Origin: Anaeramoeba ignava BMAN
Lineage: Eukaryota > Protista > Anaeramoebae
DNA length: 64,000 nucleotides
Assembly: GCA_028826165.1 (NCBI GenBank)
Contig: JAPDFW010000081.1
Coordinates: forward strand, 1-64,000
Reading direction: 5' to 3'
Positions 1-23,400 of the stretch are shown here, one piece after another. Position numbers and translations under genes: made by a program. Under the pieces are notes generated by a model. The model saw nothing but the letters and a program-made list of their open reading frames with translations. It searched no databases and was not told the DNA's origin. Positions within the stretch are counted from its first letter, which is position 1. Every line of letters starts with the position of its first letter.

Positions 1-3000
1 AATCAAATTTTACATTTTAATTCTTTTTTTTTATTATTTTTGAATTGAAAATATTCAAATTTCTTTCTTTTAAAACAAATTTTTATAAAAATTCATTCAA
101 TAATAAAAGAAAAGAAATATTTACATAAAAAATCAATCTTTATTTTCAAAAAAAAGATATAAATAAATTAATCTTAAATTTATTAAAAAGTTCATTGCAA
201 ATAAGAATTGAAAATTTATTTATTCATTCATTCATTCATATTCTTTTTTTTCTGAATCTTAAATCAAGATTAATTAGATTTAGGATATATTTCTGTTATT
301 TTAATTCATGTTTTCTTGAAATAAATATTAATTACAAAAAAAATGAACAAAAAAAAAGAAGAAGTAACTCGAAAACTTGAAAATTATTTTAGAGATAATA
401 GAAAAGGAATGGAAATGATTGTTTTTTTTTTTGGTTGATGAATTTTTTGATTATTTCATTCAACTAAAGGAATTGAAAATTATCCATCAAATTTTTTTTT
501 GTGTTTAAATAAAAATTTTTGAAAAATAGATAATAAATTAGAATATTTCGATTATGAATTTTTTAACTCAAAGAATCTCTTAAGATGAAATTTTTATCAC
601 TTTAATGTTCTATTACTTCATTTAAATGGAATTTTTTCCAAAGATATCGAAAAGATAATTATATTAAATGAAAGAAGAAATTTTCAAAAAAATAAAATCT
701 TTTTTTTTCCTTTTCTCTCAAATATATCTCAAAATTTCAATATTATAATTCAATATAATTTTTTTTTTCTTCTTCTTACATAAGGAAGAAATAATGATAT
801 TGATTTTGTAAAAAAAAAGGAAATGAAAATATGTGAAATTGAGAAAAGTATCCAAATGTTTTTATTCAAAATATTTTTCATTTTGAAATTATGTTTTCCA
901 CAAAATTAATTCGTTATTATCAACCAAAAAAAATGAAAAGGATTAAAGAGATTAAGTAATTCTTTTTTTTTTCATTGTGAATTTCTTCTAAGGGTGATTT
1001 TTTTTCAATTTTGGGAAAAACAAATTTTCTAATTTTTGAAATTTAAATTCTGTTTTTTATTTTAAATAATAAATCAAAATTAGATAAAATAAATATCTTC
1101 TTTATGGAAAAAAAGAAGATAATAAAAGGAAATTGTAATAAAAAATCAGAAAAAGAAATAATTCAATTTTTATAATCTCAGAAAAAAAAAAGGGAAATAA
1201 AATAAATTTGAGATTGATTTCAGATAATTCTTAATTTGTTGATTATCTGCTCTTATCATTTTTTTTTCAATTCCAACAAAATAAAATCAAATGGAAAAAA
1301 ACTTCCCGATTTTTATTTTATTGTTTATAAATTTTGAGAAAAAAAATTTAATAATTTTAAAATAAATTAAAATTGAATTTTCTTTTGTTAATAAAAATAA
1401 AAATAAATATTAATAAATTAATAAATTTAAATTTGAATTTATTTGAAAATAATCAAAATTATTGAATTTTTTTTTAAAATTAATTATTATTATTATTATT
1501 AAATAAAAATAAATACATCTTGTTTATTCCATTCAGATCTTTTTTTGAATAAAATTTGGAAAATTTCAAAATCAATTGGTTCCTTTTTTGAAAAGTAATG
1601 AAATAAAGTTTCCTAAATTTGAATAAAAAAATAAATAAAGAATAAATTAAAATTAGTTAAAAAGAATTAATTTGTTAAATTAAATAATTTGTTTTTTTTT
1701 GAATTGATAAAAACTAAAAAAGAATAATTTAAATTTTTTATTAACTCAAAATTAATTAATTTAAATTTGTGTTTTTTTTTTTTGAAATTAAAATAAAAGG
1801 AATTGAAAAATAATAAATTAAGAATGAATAAATAATAATTATAATTATCAATTTTTCTTTAGAAATTTTACTTTATTTCCTTCATTCTTTTTAATTTTTC
1901 ATTAAATAAAAAATGAAAAACAAAATTTATTTATTTATTTATTTATTGGGAAAAAGAAAATAATAAAGATATTATCTGGATTATGAATTATGAATAAAAA
2001 AATTTTTTTGATGAATAAATTAATTTTCAAATTGAATTTATATTTTTGATTTTTAATAATAAATTTCCAAATAATAAAATAGATTTAAAATTTTTTATTA
2101 TTAAAAACAATTTAATTTAGATTTAATAATCAAAAAAACAAAAATTATTTTAAATTAATTATATCCTAATCAAAAAAAGAAAATATAAATAAATTGGGAA
2201 AATAAATGATTAGAGAAAATATTATATTTATTATTATTATTATTGATTTCAATTTTTTTTTCAAAAAGAGAAAATTTAATTTTATCAAATAAATATCTAT
2301 TTTTTATTTCTTTAATTTTTTATCAATTTTTTTTATTATAAAAAAAAGAATTGAATTTAGTTATTATTGATAAAAATAAATAATTATTAAAAAAGAAATC
2401 AAATATCTCTTTGTTTTTTGTTAATCTTTCTTCATTCTTGAATTCTATTAATTTCTTATCTAATCAATAATAATTAATAATAAAATTTTGAAAGAAAAAA
2501 AAAACAAACTTTATTTTCAAATTTGTTTTCAAATAATTTTTGATATAAGAATTATTTAGTTTTTTTTTTGATAAATATATTTCTAATCTTTTATTTTTAT
2601 TATTAATTTAAATTTAATAATTTCAATTTTCTCAAAAGGAATTTAATTAATTTGATAAATGTTTCTATTATCAACTTTCTCAAATTTTGAAAATAATATA
2701 ATAATAAAAAATCATAATTTGTTATTTTTAAATTAAATTAAATTAAATTAAATTAAATTAAATTAAATTAAATTAATAATAATAATCAATTTTTTTTTGA
2801 AATTAATAAATCTTATTTAATTTAATTCCCAAAATAAAAAAGAGAAAGAGAAAGAGAAAGGAGAAATATGTTTGTTTTTTTCCAAAATGGCAAAAATAAA
2901 GAAAATAGTTATTAATGCAAAAAAATGAAAAATATTATGTTAGTTTTAAATTTTAAATTAAAAAAATTTTGTTCTCTTTCTTTTTTGGCAAAGAAAAATA

Positions 3001-3132
3001 ATGAAATAAAAAAAATAAATTATTATGATTTGAGAAAATAATTATGATAGAGAGAAAATATTGAATTTTTTTTTGTTTATGAAATAATATGAAGTTTTTG
3101 AAAATTGAAATAAAAAGAAATAAATTATATTT

Positions 3133-8748
<5,616 letters not shown>

Positions 8749-8779
8749 TTTTCAAGAAACTGATTTAAAAAGATATAAT

Positions 8780-9700
8780 TTTAATAAATAAGTTATAAAT
8801 ATTTTGATTATTTAAATAATCAAATTTAGATAAATAATTTTTTTTAAATTTTTAATAAATAAAATAAATTGAAATTAAATAATATTAATAAATAATTTAT
8901 AAATATTTTGATTATTTAAATAATTTAGATAAATAATTTATGTTTAAAATAATAATTTTAATATTTTTAATTTAATTATTTTTTAATTTTTTAATTTGTT
9001 TTTTTCTTTTTTTTAATAAATAAAATAAATTGAAATTAAATAATATTAATAAATTAAATAATTTAGATAAATAATTTAAAATAAATAATTTTAAATAAAT
9101 ATTTTTATTTTGATTATTTAAATAATTTTTAATTTAATTATTTTTTAATTTTTAATTTGTGTTTTTTCCTTTTTTTAATAAATAAAATAAATTGAAATTA
9201 AATAATATTAATAAATAATTTATAAATATTTTGATTATTTAAATAATTTAGATAAATAATTTATGTTAAAATAATAATTTAATATTTTTAATTTAATTAT
9301 TTTTAATTTTTTAATTTTGTTTTTTTCTTTTTTTAATAAATAAAATAAATTGAAATTAAATAATATTAATAAATAATTTATAAATATTTTGATTATTTAA
9401 ATAATTTAGATAAATAATTTATGTGTAAAATAATAATTTAATATTTTTAATTTAATTATTTTTAATTTTTAATTAATTTTTATTTTTTAATTTTTTTAAA
9501 ATTTAAAATTAAAATAATTAAAAATAAATAAATAAAAAAAATTAATTTAAATTTTTAAATATTTTTTTAATTTATTTTTAATAATAATTTTTTTAAATAT
9601 TTTATTTTTTATTTAATAAATAAAATAAATTAAAATTAAATAATATTAATAAATAATTTATAAATATTAAATTTAAATAAAATAATTTTATGTAAAAATA
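8780..9700. repeat. AT-only tandem minisatellite, ~160-bp unit, about 5 copies, upstream of the kinase
   Basis: The block aataaataaaataaattgaaattaaataatattaataaat recurs near 8855, 9015, 9177, 9335 and, degenerate, 9615. Confidence 0.8.
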
Positions 9701-9999
9701 ATAAAAATATAAATAAAATTACTTTTATTTCTTTGTGTTTACTTTTGTGAAAAATGAAAAAAAATGAAAAATTTGTTTTTATTTTTAATTAAAAAAAAAA
9801 AAAAAGAAAAAGAAATTAAAAAAGAAAATTTCTTATTTATTAAGTTTTGAATAAATTTCAAAACAAATTGTTTATTTAATTTCTTTTTCAAAAATGAAAT
9901 AAAATTGATAAAATTGTTCTTAATCATAATTTTGAATTTTTTTAATTAAATTTATTTATTTTTTCCAAATAAAAATCAATTAAAATATTTTTTTGAAAG

Positions 10000-12900
10000 A
10001 ATTTATAAATAAATTAAATCTATTTAAATATTGAATTTCTTTCTATTTTTTTTTGGAAAATAATTTAATAATAATTTTTAAATCAAAACAATTCAATTCT
10101 ATCTATTTTTTTTTTGGAATTTAAATATTAATTCTATCTATTTTTGAATTTAAATAATTCTATTAAAAAGAAAAATTTTTGAATATTTTATATTTTGTAA
10201 TAAAAAATCAAGAAATATTTCTTTTTTTGGAAATGTTTTGATTTGAGTTTGAGGTTTATAAAGGAAATAAATTTGGAAATTTTGTTGAATAAAAAAGAAA
10301 GGAATGAATAAATAAATAATAAATAGTTTTTTTTCAAAGTTATTCAAAAGTAGAATTAAATAAAATCTTCCAAAATTTGAAGATAAATATTTTAAAGAAG
10401 ATTTGTTGAGTATTTATATAATAATTGATTTATCTTTATAATATTTGTGAATTTGGAAATATTTTGAAATCAAATTTGTTTTGGATTATATTTTGGATTA
10501 AGTAAATGAACAGATATCATGTTTTTTAAAAAGAATTTTGAATATTTCTTGATTAAATTGATTTAAATAATAAATTAAATAAGAGTTAGAATTTTGATAT
10601 TTATATCATTTTCCAATATTTAAGTAAAGAGAATTGAAATTTAAAAGTGATTTGGGATTTTGAAGATTATTTTCATTTGTTTCATTTTGTTTTTCCAATA
10701 AGGATTTAATTTCTCAATTTTAAAGAAGTTAGAATTTATAAATAATTTTTTTTGTTGTTGTTAAATAATTAAGATTAATGAACAGAAATAACTTGTTATT
10801 GTTTAGAATTTTGTGAATTTAAATTGGATTTGAAATTGAATTTAATATTTTGAAAAAGAGTTTTCTTGTTTGATATTAATGGAAATCTCTTCAAAATGGA
10901 ATGATTAATAAATATTTATGATTAGGAATTTTGTAATTTTATCAATTATTTTGGAGAAATGAAGAATAATTTTGTAATAAATTAAATTAAATTAAATTAA
11001 ATTAAATTAAATTTATTGATAAAATTGAGTTCTATCTGTTATATTTTTTGAATAGATTAAATAGAAGTATATTTCCTTGAAATAAATAAAGAATTTGTGA
11101 ATATTATTGAAATTATTAAGAAATGTATTTTCAATTCAATTCAATTTAATATTCTTTTTCTTGAAGAAAATAATTGAATAATAATTTTGAAATGGAAATA
11201 AATAATATTCTGGAAATTGGAAATATTTCTAAAGAAAGGATATATAAATTATTCAAAAATGTTGTTGAATTTTGTTAATTTTGTTTTAGAATATAAAAAG
11301 TTGTAATTAATCATCAATTTCAAAATATTTGTGGAAAATATTCTTTTTGTGTATTTTGAATAATTGATATTTACAAATAAAAGGGAGAAATATTTTGTGA
11401 AGATTTGTGAAAATAAGTATTCATTGATATCAGTAATTTTTTATTCAAAAAAAAATATTCAAGAAATATATTTTGATTTTATCTTTTTTTTCAGTTTCAA
11501 GAAAATGGAAAAAATTTCATAATTTCAATATTTGGTTAATTGTTTATTTGTGATATTTTGATTCAAGAAATAAATAAATATCCAAATTATTATTTTAAGT
11601 TATTGAATATATGTATCAAGTGTTTCCAATGCAAAAGTAAATTGAAGATATTTAAATAATTTTCATAAATTCTTGAAATAATAAAAATGGAAATAAGTAT
11701 TTCTGTTTATGGATTAAATTGTTGAATATATGTAAGATAGATATTTTTGTTGTTGATAATAATTCAAATTCTTCTTTCTTTTCATAATATAAATAAAATA
11801 AAATAATCTTGAAAAATTGTGAGATTTGAGAAATATTGATTAAATTGGAAGAAAATATTTCTGTAATGATGTAAACAGTTAGAAAGTTTGTTTTTGAAAG
11901 GAAAATGAATGAAAATTGTTGTATATTCAATATTAAAAGATCAAATAAGTGTTGAAATATTTTGGAAATCAAGAATATTTTCTTTTCTTTTTATTGTAAA
12001 TGTTTCAATTTGTGGATTATCTCTTAATTGTTATTCTATTTTTTCTTAATAGAAAAATCTATATTAAATAAAATTCTTTCTTTCTTTCTTCTTCTTTTAA
12101 ATTTCTTTTTAAAATATCCAATAATGTTAAATATCAATAGTTTTCATTTAATTCAAATATTAAAATGAATTCTGTAATAAGATCTATAAAAAAACAGGAG
12201 AAACAAATAAGAATTAATAAAATATTTCATGTGTTAATTATAGATTTTAAGGAAATATTTTGGTTATTAATTTAATTCCACAAATTTCTTCTTCTTCTTT
12301 TTTTTCGAATAAGAAATAACATTAAAAAGAGAATATAAAGGTTTTTCTTTATAATATCAATAAATAGATTATGAAAATACAGTAAGCTTGTTATTGTTTG
12401 TTTTATGTTAATTTCTTTTTTGATTTTGAAATGTAGAATTGTTTTAAAATATCCATTTTAAGTTCTTTTTCTTTTTCTTCTGTAAAATATTCCATAATAA
12501 TATTTGGTTTTATCTTGATATTTGATTTATTGATTTCAAATTTTTTTCAATTAGATTCAATCTATTTTCTTTGTGTTTCTATTCAAAGATTCTGTTTTAA
12601 TATCAATTTTATCAACTGAAATATATATTTTTTTATTGTATTATTTTTGAATTGAGAAAAGAGATATAATGTTATTGGTGAATTTTTTTTTTGGTTTAAT
12701 ACAAAGGTGAAAACTTGAATATTTATCAATTTGATTTCCTTTTTCTTTTATTATTATTTTTTTTGTTTTTGCAATTAAATTTTCATAATCAAAATTAATG
12801 TAAATTTGATTTGATTTTCTTTTAAATATTATGAAGAGATATATTTATTTTGTTGATTATAATTTTGTTTGAATTTCATTTCAATTTGTAAATAATTTGA

Positions 12901-13340
12901 TAATTTAAATTATTTGTGTTTTGATAATTGAAATTTATTGTTAGATTTCTTTTTGTAGAGAAAATGTATCAATTTTGATTTTTTGATTTGGGAATTTTGT
13001 TTCATAATTTTATTCAATTAATATAATAAGTTTCATTTTCAAAATTATTTTTTTTTTGAATATAAAGAAATATTTTATAAAATTTTGAGAGTTTTTATTT
13101 GATAAATTCTATTGTATTCCTTTTTTAAATAAATAAAATTATTTTGGAATTTGAATTAAAAAAAAATTTTAAATCAAATAAAATAATTTACTATTGAATA
13201 ATAATCATCTTCTTCAATTTTCTAAATTGTTTTAATAATTATTTCTTGAATAAAATCAACAATTTCAAATCATTTTTGAAGCAAAAAAATTTGAAATTTT
13301 CTTTAATAATAATATCTAAATATTTCTTCAATTTTAATTT
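10000..13340 (-). pseudogene. Probable decayed protein-coding relic(s)
   Basis: Non-repetitive sequence with codon-like texture but no long ORF. Minus-strand 13340-13190 reads VKINNEEIKIEEIFRYYY* then, in another frame, FEIVDFIQEIIIKTI*KIEEDDYYSI followed by gtaaat. Family not identifiable. Confidence 0.35.
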
Positions 13341-13359
13341 CTTCATTATTAATTTTAAC

Positions 13360-14410
13360 ATATTTATATTTATTTTTAAATCAATTTTTGAATTAATTTA
13401 GATAATAAAACCTTTTTATAAATTATATAAATAAATTATTTTATATTTTAATTTTAATTTTTATTATTTAATTTTTTGATTAAATTTATATTAAAAATTA
13501 TTAAATTATTTTATTAATTATTTAATAAGGAAAATAAATAATAAAATTATATTTTATATTATTAATTTATTTCAAATTAATTTATAATTTTAAATTTAAT
13601 TAAATATTATTATTTAAAATTATTTAAAATTATTTTATTTTTTTTGGAAATAAAATTAATTAAATTTAATTTTTGATTTAAATTTATATTTATTTTTAAA
13701 TCAATTTTGAATTAATTTAGATAATAAAATTCTTTTTATAAATTATATAAATAAATTATTTTATATTTTAATTTTAATTTTTATTATTTAATTTTTGATT
13801 AAATTTATATTAAAAATGTTTAAATTATTTTATTAATTATTTAATAAGGAAAATAAATAATAAAATTATATTTTATATTATTAATTTATTTCAAATTAAT
13901 TTATATTTTAAATTTAATTAAATATTATTATTTAAATTTATTTAAAATTATTTTATTTTTTTGGAAATAAAATTAATTAAATTTAATTTTTTTTGATTTA
14001 AATTTATATTTATTTTTAAAATCAATTTTGAATTAATTTAGATAATAAATTATTTTTATAAATTATATAAATAAATTATTTTACATTTTAATTTTAATTT
14101 TTATTATTTAATTTTTGATTAAATTTATATTAAAAATGTTTAAATTATTTTTATTAATTATTTAATCAAAAATTAAATAATAAAATTATATTTTATATTA
14201 TTAATTTATTTCAAATTAATTTATACTTTAAAATTTAATTAAATATTATTATTTAAATTTATTTAAAATTATTTTTATTTTTGGAAATAAAATTAATTAA
14301 ATTTAATTTTTGATTTAAATTTATATTTATTTTTTAAAATCAATTTTGAATTAATTTAGATAATAAATTCTTTTTATAAATTATATAAATAAATTATTTT
14401 ACATTTTAAT
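13360..14410. repeat. ~320-bp AT-rich tandem repeat, 3 full copies plus a partial copy
   Basis: atttatatttatttttaaa(a)tcaattttgaattaatttagataataaa recurs at ~13362, 13682, 14002, 14320. Confidence 0.85.
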
Positions 14411-14529
14411 TAACATTTTCTCTTTATTTTTTTTATAATTTTGTTTTTGAAATTTTTATTTGATTTTTCTTTTTTTCTTTTTATTTTTAATTTAAAAAAA
14501 ACAAAAAAATGAAAAAATGAATAAAAGTT

Positions 14530-16550
14530 TTAAAATCATTTTTAATTAATTTTATGCCAAAATAATAAATTAATTATTATTAAATTTTAAATTAAATATT
14601 TATTTAATATTTTCTTTTCAAATTTTATTTATTTTATTTTTAATAATATTATTTTTTTAAAACTATTTAATTTTATTGCAAAATAATAATTTAATTTAAT
14701 AAATAAAAATTAATAATTTTTTTAAATTTCTTAATTAATTTTATTGCAAAATAATAATTAATAATTAATTAAAAATAAAAATTAAAATCTATTTTTTTTA
14801 AAATTTATTTCTTTATTTTTAATAATATTAATTTAATATTAATAATAAATTCTTTTTAAAAATTTCTTATTAATTTTATTGCAAAATAATAAATTAATTA
14901 TAATTAAAAATTAAATTAAATATTTATCTAATTTTTGTTTTAAATTTATTTCTTTATTTTTAATAATAATTTAATATTAATAAAAAATTTTTTTAAAATC
15001 ATTTCTTAATTAATTTTATTGCAAAATAAATAAATTAATTATTATTAAAAATTAAAATTAAAATAATAAATAAAATATTTTAATTTATTTTTATTTCTTT
15101 ATTTTTAATAATATTAATTTAATATTAATAATAAATTCTTTTTAAAATTATTTTTTAATTAATTTTATTGCAAAATAATAAATTAATTATAATTAAAAAT
15201 TAAATTAAATATTTATCTAATTTTTGTTTTCAAATTTATTTCTTTATTTTTAATAATATTAATTTAATATTAATAATAAATTTGTTTTTAAAATCATTTC
15301 TTGATTAATTTTATTGCAAAAAAATAATAATTATAATTTAAAATTTAAAAAATTAAATTTTTAATAAAAATATTTAATCCTTTTTTAATTTTTTTTAAAT
15401 AATAAATTCTATTTTTGATTTTATTTTTATTAATAATAAATTTAATCCTTTTTTAATCTATTTTTAATTATTTTATTGCAAAATTAAATTAATTGCAAAA
15501 TAAAAATAAATAAATTTTTATTTCAAATTTATTTCATTTTTTAAATAAAATCTTTTATCTAATTTTTGTTTTAAATTTATTTAATTTTTTATTTTTAATA
15601 AATAATTTTTTAATAAAATTAAATTAATTTAATAATAAATTATTTTTAAAATCATTTCTTGGTTTCAATTAATTTTATTGCAAAATAATAAATAAATCAA
15701 ATTATTATTAAAAATTAAATTAAATATTAAATATTTATTTTTGTTTTAAATTTATTTCTTTTATTTTTAATAATATTAATTTAATATTAATAATAAATTC
15801 TTTTTAAATCAAAATCATTTTTCTTAAATTAATTTTATTACAAAATAATAAATAATTATAATTAAAAATTAAATTAAATATTTAAATAATTTTTTTGTTT
15901 TAAATTTATTTCTTTATTTTTAATAATATTAATTTAATATTAATAATAAATTTGTTTTTAAAATCATTTATTTTTTTGATTATAATTTTTAATATTAATA
16001 ATAAAATTTAAAAAATAAATTATTATTAAAAATTAAATTAAAAATATTTAATTTTTTTTCAAATTTATTTATTTTTAATAATATTAATTTAATATTAATA
16101 ATAAATTCTTTTTAAATCATTTCTTAATTAATTTTTTAAAATTAATAAATAAAAATTAAAAATTAAATAAAATATTTACTTTTTAAATTTATTTTTTATT
16201 TTAAATTAATTTTATTTAAAAATAATAAAATTTTTAAAATAATCAATTAATTATTATTGCAAAATAATAAATTAAAATTATTAAAAATTAAATTAAATAT
16301 TTATCTAATTTTTGTTTCAAAATTTATTTCATTATTTTTAATAATATTTATTTAATATTAATAATAAATTCTTTTTAAAATCATTTCTTAATTAATTTTA
16401 TTACAAAATATTAAATTAATTATAATTAAAAATTAAATTAAATATTTATCTAATTTTTGTTTCAAATTTATTTCTTTATTTTTAATAATATTAATTTAAT
16501 ATTAATAATAAATTCTTTTTAAAATTATTTCTTGATTAATTATTATTAAA
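14530..16550. repeat. Degenerate ~140-bp AT-rich tandem repeat with TTATTGCAAAA core
   Basis: taattttattgcaaaataataa (or ttacaaaa variant) recurs about a dozen times together with tttaataatattaatttaatattaataataaa. Confidence 0.8.
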
Positions 16551-16668
16551 AAATATTGATTTGGTTTTGAAATTATTTATTTTCCCAAATTAAAATAAAA
16601 ATCAAACTGAAAATAGATTTGGAAAAAAAAATAATTGAAAAAGGAATTGAATTTGAATTTCCTATTTC

Positions 16669-20345
<3,677 letters not shown>

Positions 20346-20426
20346 CTTCTTTTTGTTTTAAAAAAAAAAAATAAAAAAGATAAAAATGAAATTTATTTTT
20401 TTTTCATTTTTTTTTTTCTTTTTTTT

Positions 20427-23400
20427 ATGGATTGGAATAAATCAATTGAAATTTTACGTTCGATCGTAAAATCCAATCAAAATACATCAAAAAAAATTCG
20501 CACACAAGAAATTGTTGATGCGTGTTGGGGAACTTATAAATATCTTATAATTTCAAACACAAATCCGCAATATGAAGACAAGCTAACTTTAGCAATAAAT
20601 CTTTTACTTCAAAGCACAGAATATTCCGATGCAAATATTCGGATGACGGTAGTTGAATGTTTAACGCGGATTCTCAAAAACTCGTTCTTTTTTTGCAAGG
20701 AAATAATTGTGAACGAGCTTTTGAATTCGTTTCTTAAGATGGAATCGCATTCGCGCAAAGTGGCTTTTGAAAAATTGTGTTTTCTTTCTAGCCAAATCAA
20801 CCCAACAAAATTAAAGACTTTTATCGATCATTTTATTGACGGGATGATTGAGTTTATTTATCAAGAGCCAGAAACAAGCTTTGAGATTTTTTCGCAAGAT
20901 TCCTTCAGGAATTTCCTTCTTAATTTCCGAGAGCTTCTCGATATGAAAACAGTCACGCCTCTTATTCAAACCTTTATTTTCAAGTTCCAACACCAGTCCC
21001 AATTAATTAGTCGTAATTGCGCTTATGGACTTGCTGCCATTTGCGTGCATTCCAAGTATATCCAAGTTAGTGATTTCTGCTTTGTTGAAATTTTCAACTC
21101 CAAAAATTGGAAATTTAATACTGAACTAGCAAACGATCAAATTCAAAAAAATTCCAATTTATTTGATTTGGGGAATATAAATATGGAAAAAGAAAGCCAA
21201 GAAAATCAAAACGAATTGATCGAGAGGATCATCTCAAACATAACTTCTAACAGCGAGCTTGTCTCGTCAACACTAACTTTCTATTATTACTTTCTTGGCG
21301 AATTCTCAGCCCAAAATCTGTGCAACCTGCATTTTCCGCTTTATCAGTTACTGATGATTGTTTCCAACATTTTGGCGAATCACGCGAATCGCGAAATCAA
21401 TTTCATTACAAAATCCGCGGAGTTGCTGAATCTCCTAATCTCGCGGTTTTACAGCATATCCCAGATGGTTTCGCTCTTTATGAGCCAGCATATGGACTTG
21501 TTTATTGAGATGCTTATGGACAAGAAGGTGTTTATATCGGCAAAGTCTGCGATCATCAAGTGTGTTTATGAGTATTCAATAAGAGGCACTGCTTCCTTTT
21601 CAAGTTATGTCTCGCAAAAACGCGCTCCCTTTGGCTTCATCATACAGAATCTGAAGCTTCAGGATCCTCTGCTGTCTTCGACTTGCCTCCTCTTCATTGG
21701 AGATCTTGCACAATCCTTCTTGAAAAGGGGATACATCGAAAATAAAAAGCAAATCGATGATTTTCTTCATATCATTTCTTCCGAGATTTTCAAAACAAAC
21801 ACATCTTCTCAAACAATCAAGGATGCTTGCATCGCCCTTTCTTCATTTATTAGCGAAATTGCGTGCAATAAGCATCTTACCAAATACGTGCAAAAATTGT
21901 TCAAGCATTTGATCCAAATTGCCCAAGTGCCGAATACATACCATCTTTTGAAAATCTCTGTTTTGAATTTGTTCACGAAATTCCGTCTGGCGCCTGCAAA
22001 GGCACGCATTCACGTCTCTCGCATTGACGAGCGTTTTGAGGCTTTTGCGCTCCATATCGAGATCAGTGCGGATATAACGCAATTCATGTTCAAATCACTT
22101 GCAGATTCGAATGAACAAGTGGCACAAACTGCAGCCAGAAGCATTTCCGCTCTCTTTTTTCACGCCCAAGATCAAGAACGCGCAGAAATGATTATCCGCA
22201 TTACCAAGGAGCTCATTTCAGAATCGAACCGCAAACAGTCTATAAAGGGATATCTTTGGCTGATAAACTCGGTTATTGCGGACTACAGAACAAAATATCC
22301 TGACATGCAAAATTTCAATGCAAAATATTCCACTTTTGCGAATTTTGTCAACAAAATCCAACTTATTCTGAGTGATTTTTTATTAGGTTATAAAATCAAA
22401 AGATTAAGTACCTATCTGCTTATGCTCAAGACATTCGTCAAGACATTCAAGATTACAAAGTACTTTGCGAATGTTCGGCAAGAAAACGCTCGCGAAATTG
22501 TTGTGCATGTGCTAAAATGCTTGAAGATCTGCGACGATGTGATAAAGAAGCATATTCCGCAGGAGGTTATTCGCTCTCCGCAAAGAAGCGAGGTCATTTC
22601 TTCTTCAATGCAACTTTTTTCCATGAAAAAAGACAGCAACATCTACAAACCCAAAATTCCGCCAAACTTGCAAAGAAACTATCCAAGTCCAGCAAAATCT
22701 CTCCAGTTTACATCTCACAGGAAATTTACAAACCGCCAAATGCTCTTCAAGCTTGTCAATTATCGCGACAAGGATCACCAATTCTCACACTTGTTTAATT
22801 TCGTCCACAACTTCTTGCTCTCTTCGTTGGTGCCGAACGCGTTGGGATATTTGGAAGAGTCTCTCTATCACCATCTATTCCAGTTTCTTTACCAAGCAAG
22901 ACATTTCGGCGAAAATGAACTGAATCCCAAGCTCGATACTTTTTTCCAGTTCAGAAAATATTGTCTGCGCATCTTAAGCTTTTTTTTGAGACGCGGATAC
23001 GATATCAAGATGATTGGGTTCGTGATCGATTTACTGAATCAACATCTTAACGAAGACCCGCGCAATGTCGGCAAATGCTTATGCTCTCTTTTGAATTCTC
23101 TGCATTCAGAGACTATCAATTTATTCGAGGTTGAATGGGATCTTTTCTTGGCAAACGAAAAAAAACCGCGCAATGATTTACTCAAAAGGGCTATCACTCA
23201 ATCCCACAAGAAGGAGTCTGTAATTGCGTTTGATGGTATCCAGGAAAATAGTCTTCCTGTTGCAGATATAAATTTGGTTGAATCCAATTCACGCGAAGTT
23301 ACACCTTCCAAAAACCCAAAAGTAAATACTCACAACCTCGCGCGTTCCCAATCTCCACAAAAATTGCCTCAAAATTTCCTTCCTCTCAGCAAGGAAGAGC

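Noticed and set aside
1-3130. Possible genes in the first 3 kb, or stop-codon reassignment explaining ORF-less regions
   Set aside because: No coherent exon chain found. TAA and TGA terminate conserved proteins at expected positions elsewhere in the window (SH3 protein, PDI, SmD1).
11235-11243. ATATCCTTT on the minus strand (U12 AT-AC donor consensus)
   Set aside because: No host exon and no branch site seen; such a word is expected by chance in DNA this AT-rich.
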